From Xylographa opegraphella (Eukaryota), in contig JALDZX010000001.1 of assembly GCA_022813865.1 (NCBI GenBank), positions 434,001 through 498,000 of the forward strand: DNA of 64,000 nt, in the 5' to 3' direction. This document shows, piece by piece, positions 63,498 to 64,000 of this stretch (position 1 is its first letter; every line of letters begins with the position of its first letter). Position numbers and translations under genes: made by a program. Under the pieces are notes generated by a model. That model was not told the origin of the DNA, did no database searches, and saw nothing but the letters and a program-made list of their open reading frames with translations.

Positions 63498-64000
63498 TCA
63501 AGCCTTGAGTTTCTTTTTACAATCGTCACAATACCATTTTTCTGTACTTGAGTCAATTTTGCGTTGGATAGAGGAAATTTTGGAATGGTGGACTTACGCT
63601 TCCCGGTTGGAGCTCTACTCAGTCCCACACAGTCCAGGTGAAACCACTCACGCTCGCAGCCGTTCATATCGCAGGCGACCATCTCGCCGTAACTGATTCC
63701 GTTACAGTAACAATATCGCAGCTCGTCTTCTTTACCATCGTCTTCTTCCTCTTCGCCTTGGATGCTGGAGGATACTTCGTCCTCCACTTGTGCTTGCTGT
63801 GCCGCAAGTAGTTGTTGCTGTGCGAGGATGCCCGCTCCTTTCTTGTGAGAACGTTTGACCGCGGGTTCGAGATTACGACCGGACCGGGGACGTGTAGGCT
63901 CAGGAAAGGACGAAGATATGGGTGTGGCTGTCTTGGACGCTTTACCACCAGTGCGGGTGGTGGATATCGAAGGAGGACGTTCTGCACGTGAGCGGGGAGG
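63498..64000 (-). CDS. ING-family PHD finger protein (Pho23/Yng1-like), 3' part only
   Basis: RYCYCNGISYGEMVACDMNGCEREWFHLDCVGLSRAPTGK, an intron, then QKWYCDDCKKKLKA*. The gene continues beyond the window. Confidence 0.88.

Overview
Gene-dense window from a filamentous ascomycete (Pezizomycotina), judged from short GT-AG introns with CTRAY branch points and from the gene families present. I recognise about 23 intact or near-intact protein-coding genes. They include ATE1, an intronless beta-amino-acid/GSA-like class III aminotransferase, a DUF2470 protein, RPS8, a SET methyltransferase, a Zn2Cys6 transcription factor, RAM1, a dsRBD-like protein, 5-unit polyubiquitin, ETP1/BRAP2, VPS60, a SAPS-family protein, a cytochrome P450, a GGCT/AIG2-like protein, a mu-crystallin/PrnX-like protein, SEC3, SRP40, an F-box protein, NDUFA1, SAS3 and the 3' end of an ING-family PHD gene. 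Several intergenic blocks hold decayed gene relics. I saw no transposase, rRNA, tRNA or CRISPR, and no clear multi-gene novel system. The most interesting signals are: a candidate box H/ACA snoRNA in SEC3 intron 1; a secreted Thr-rich gene cut by one in-frame TAG; repeated C-rich to G-rich skew switches; frequent AAG 3' splice sites; a 4-nt microexon; two alternative C-termini in the SAPS gene; a spliced uORF before the C6 factor; and SAS3 lying next to an ING gene. All exon structures and family calls were made by eye and from recalled motifs; no database search was run.
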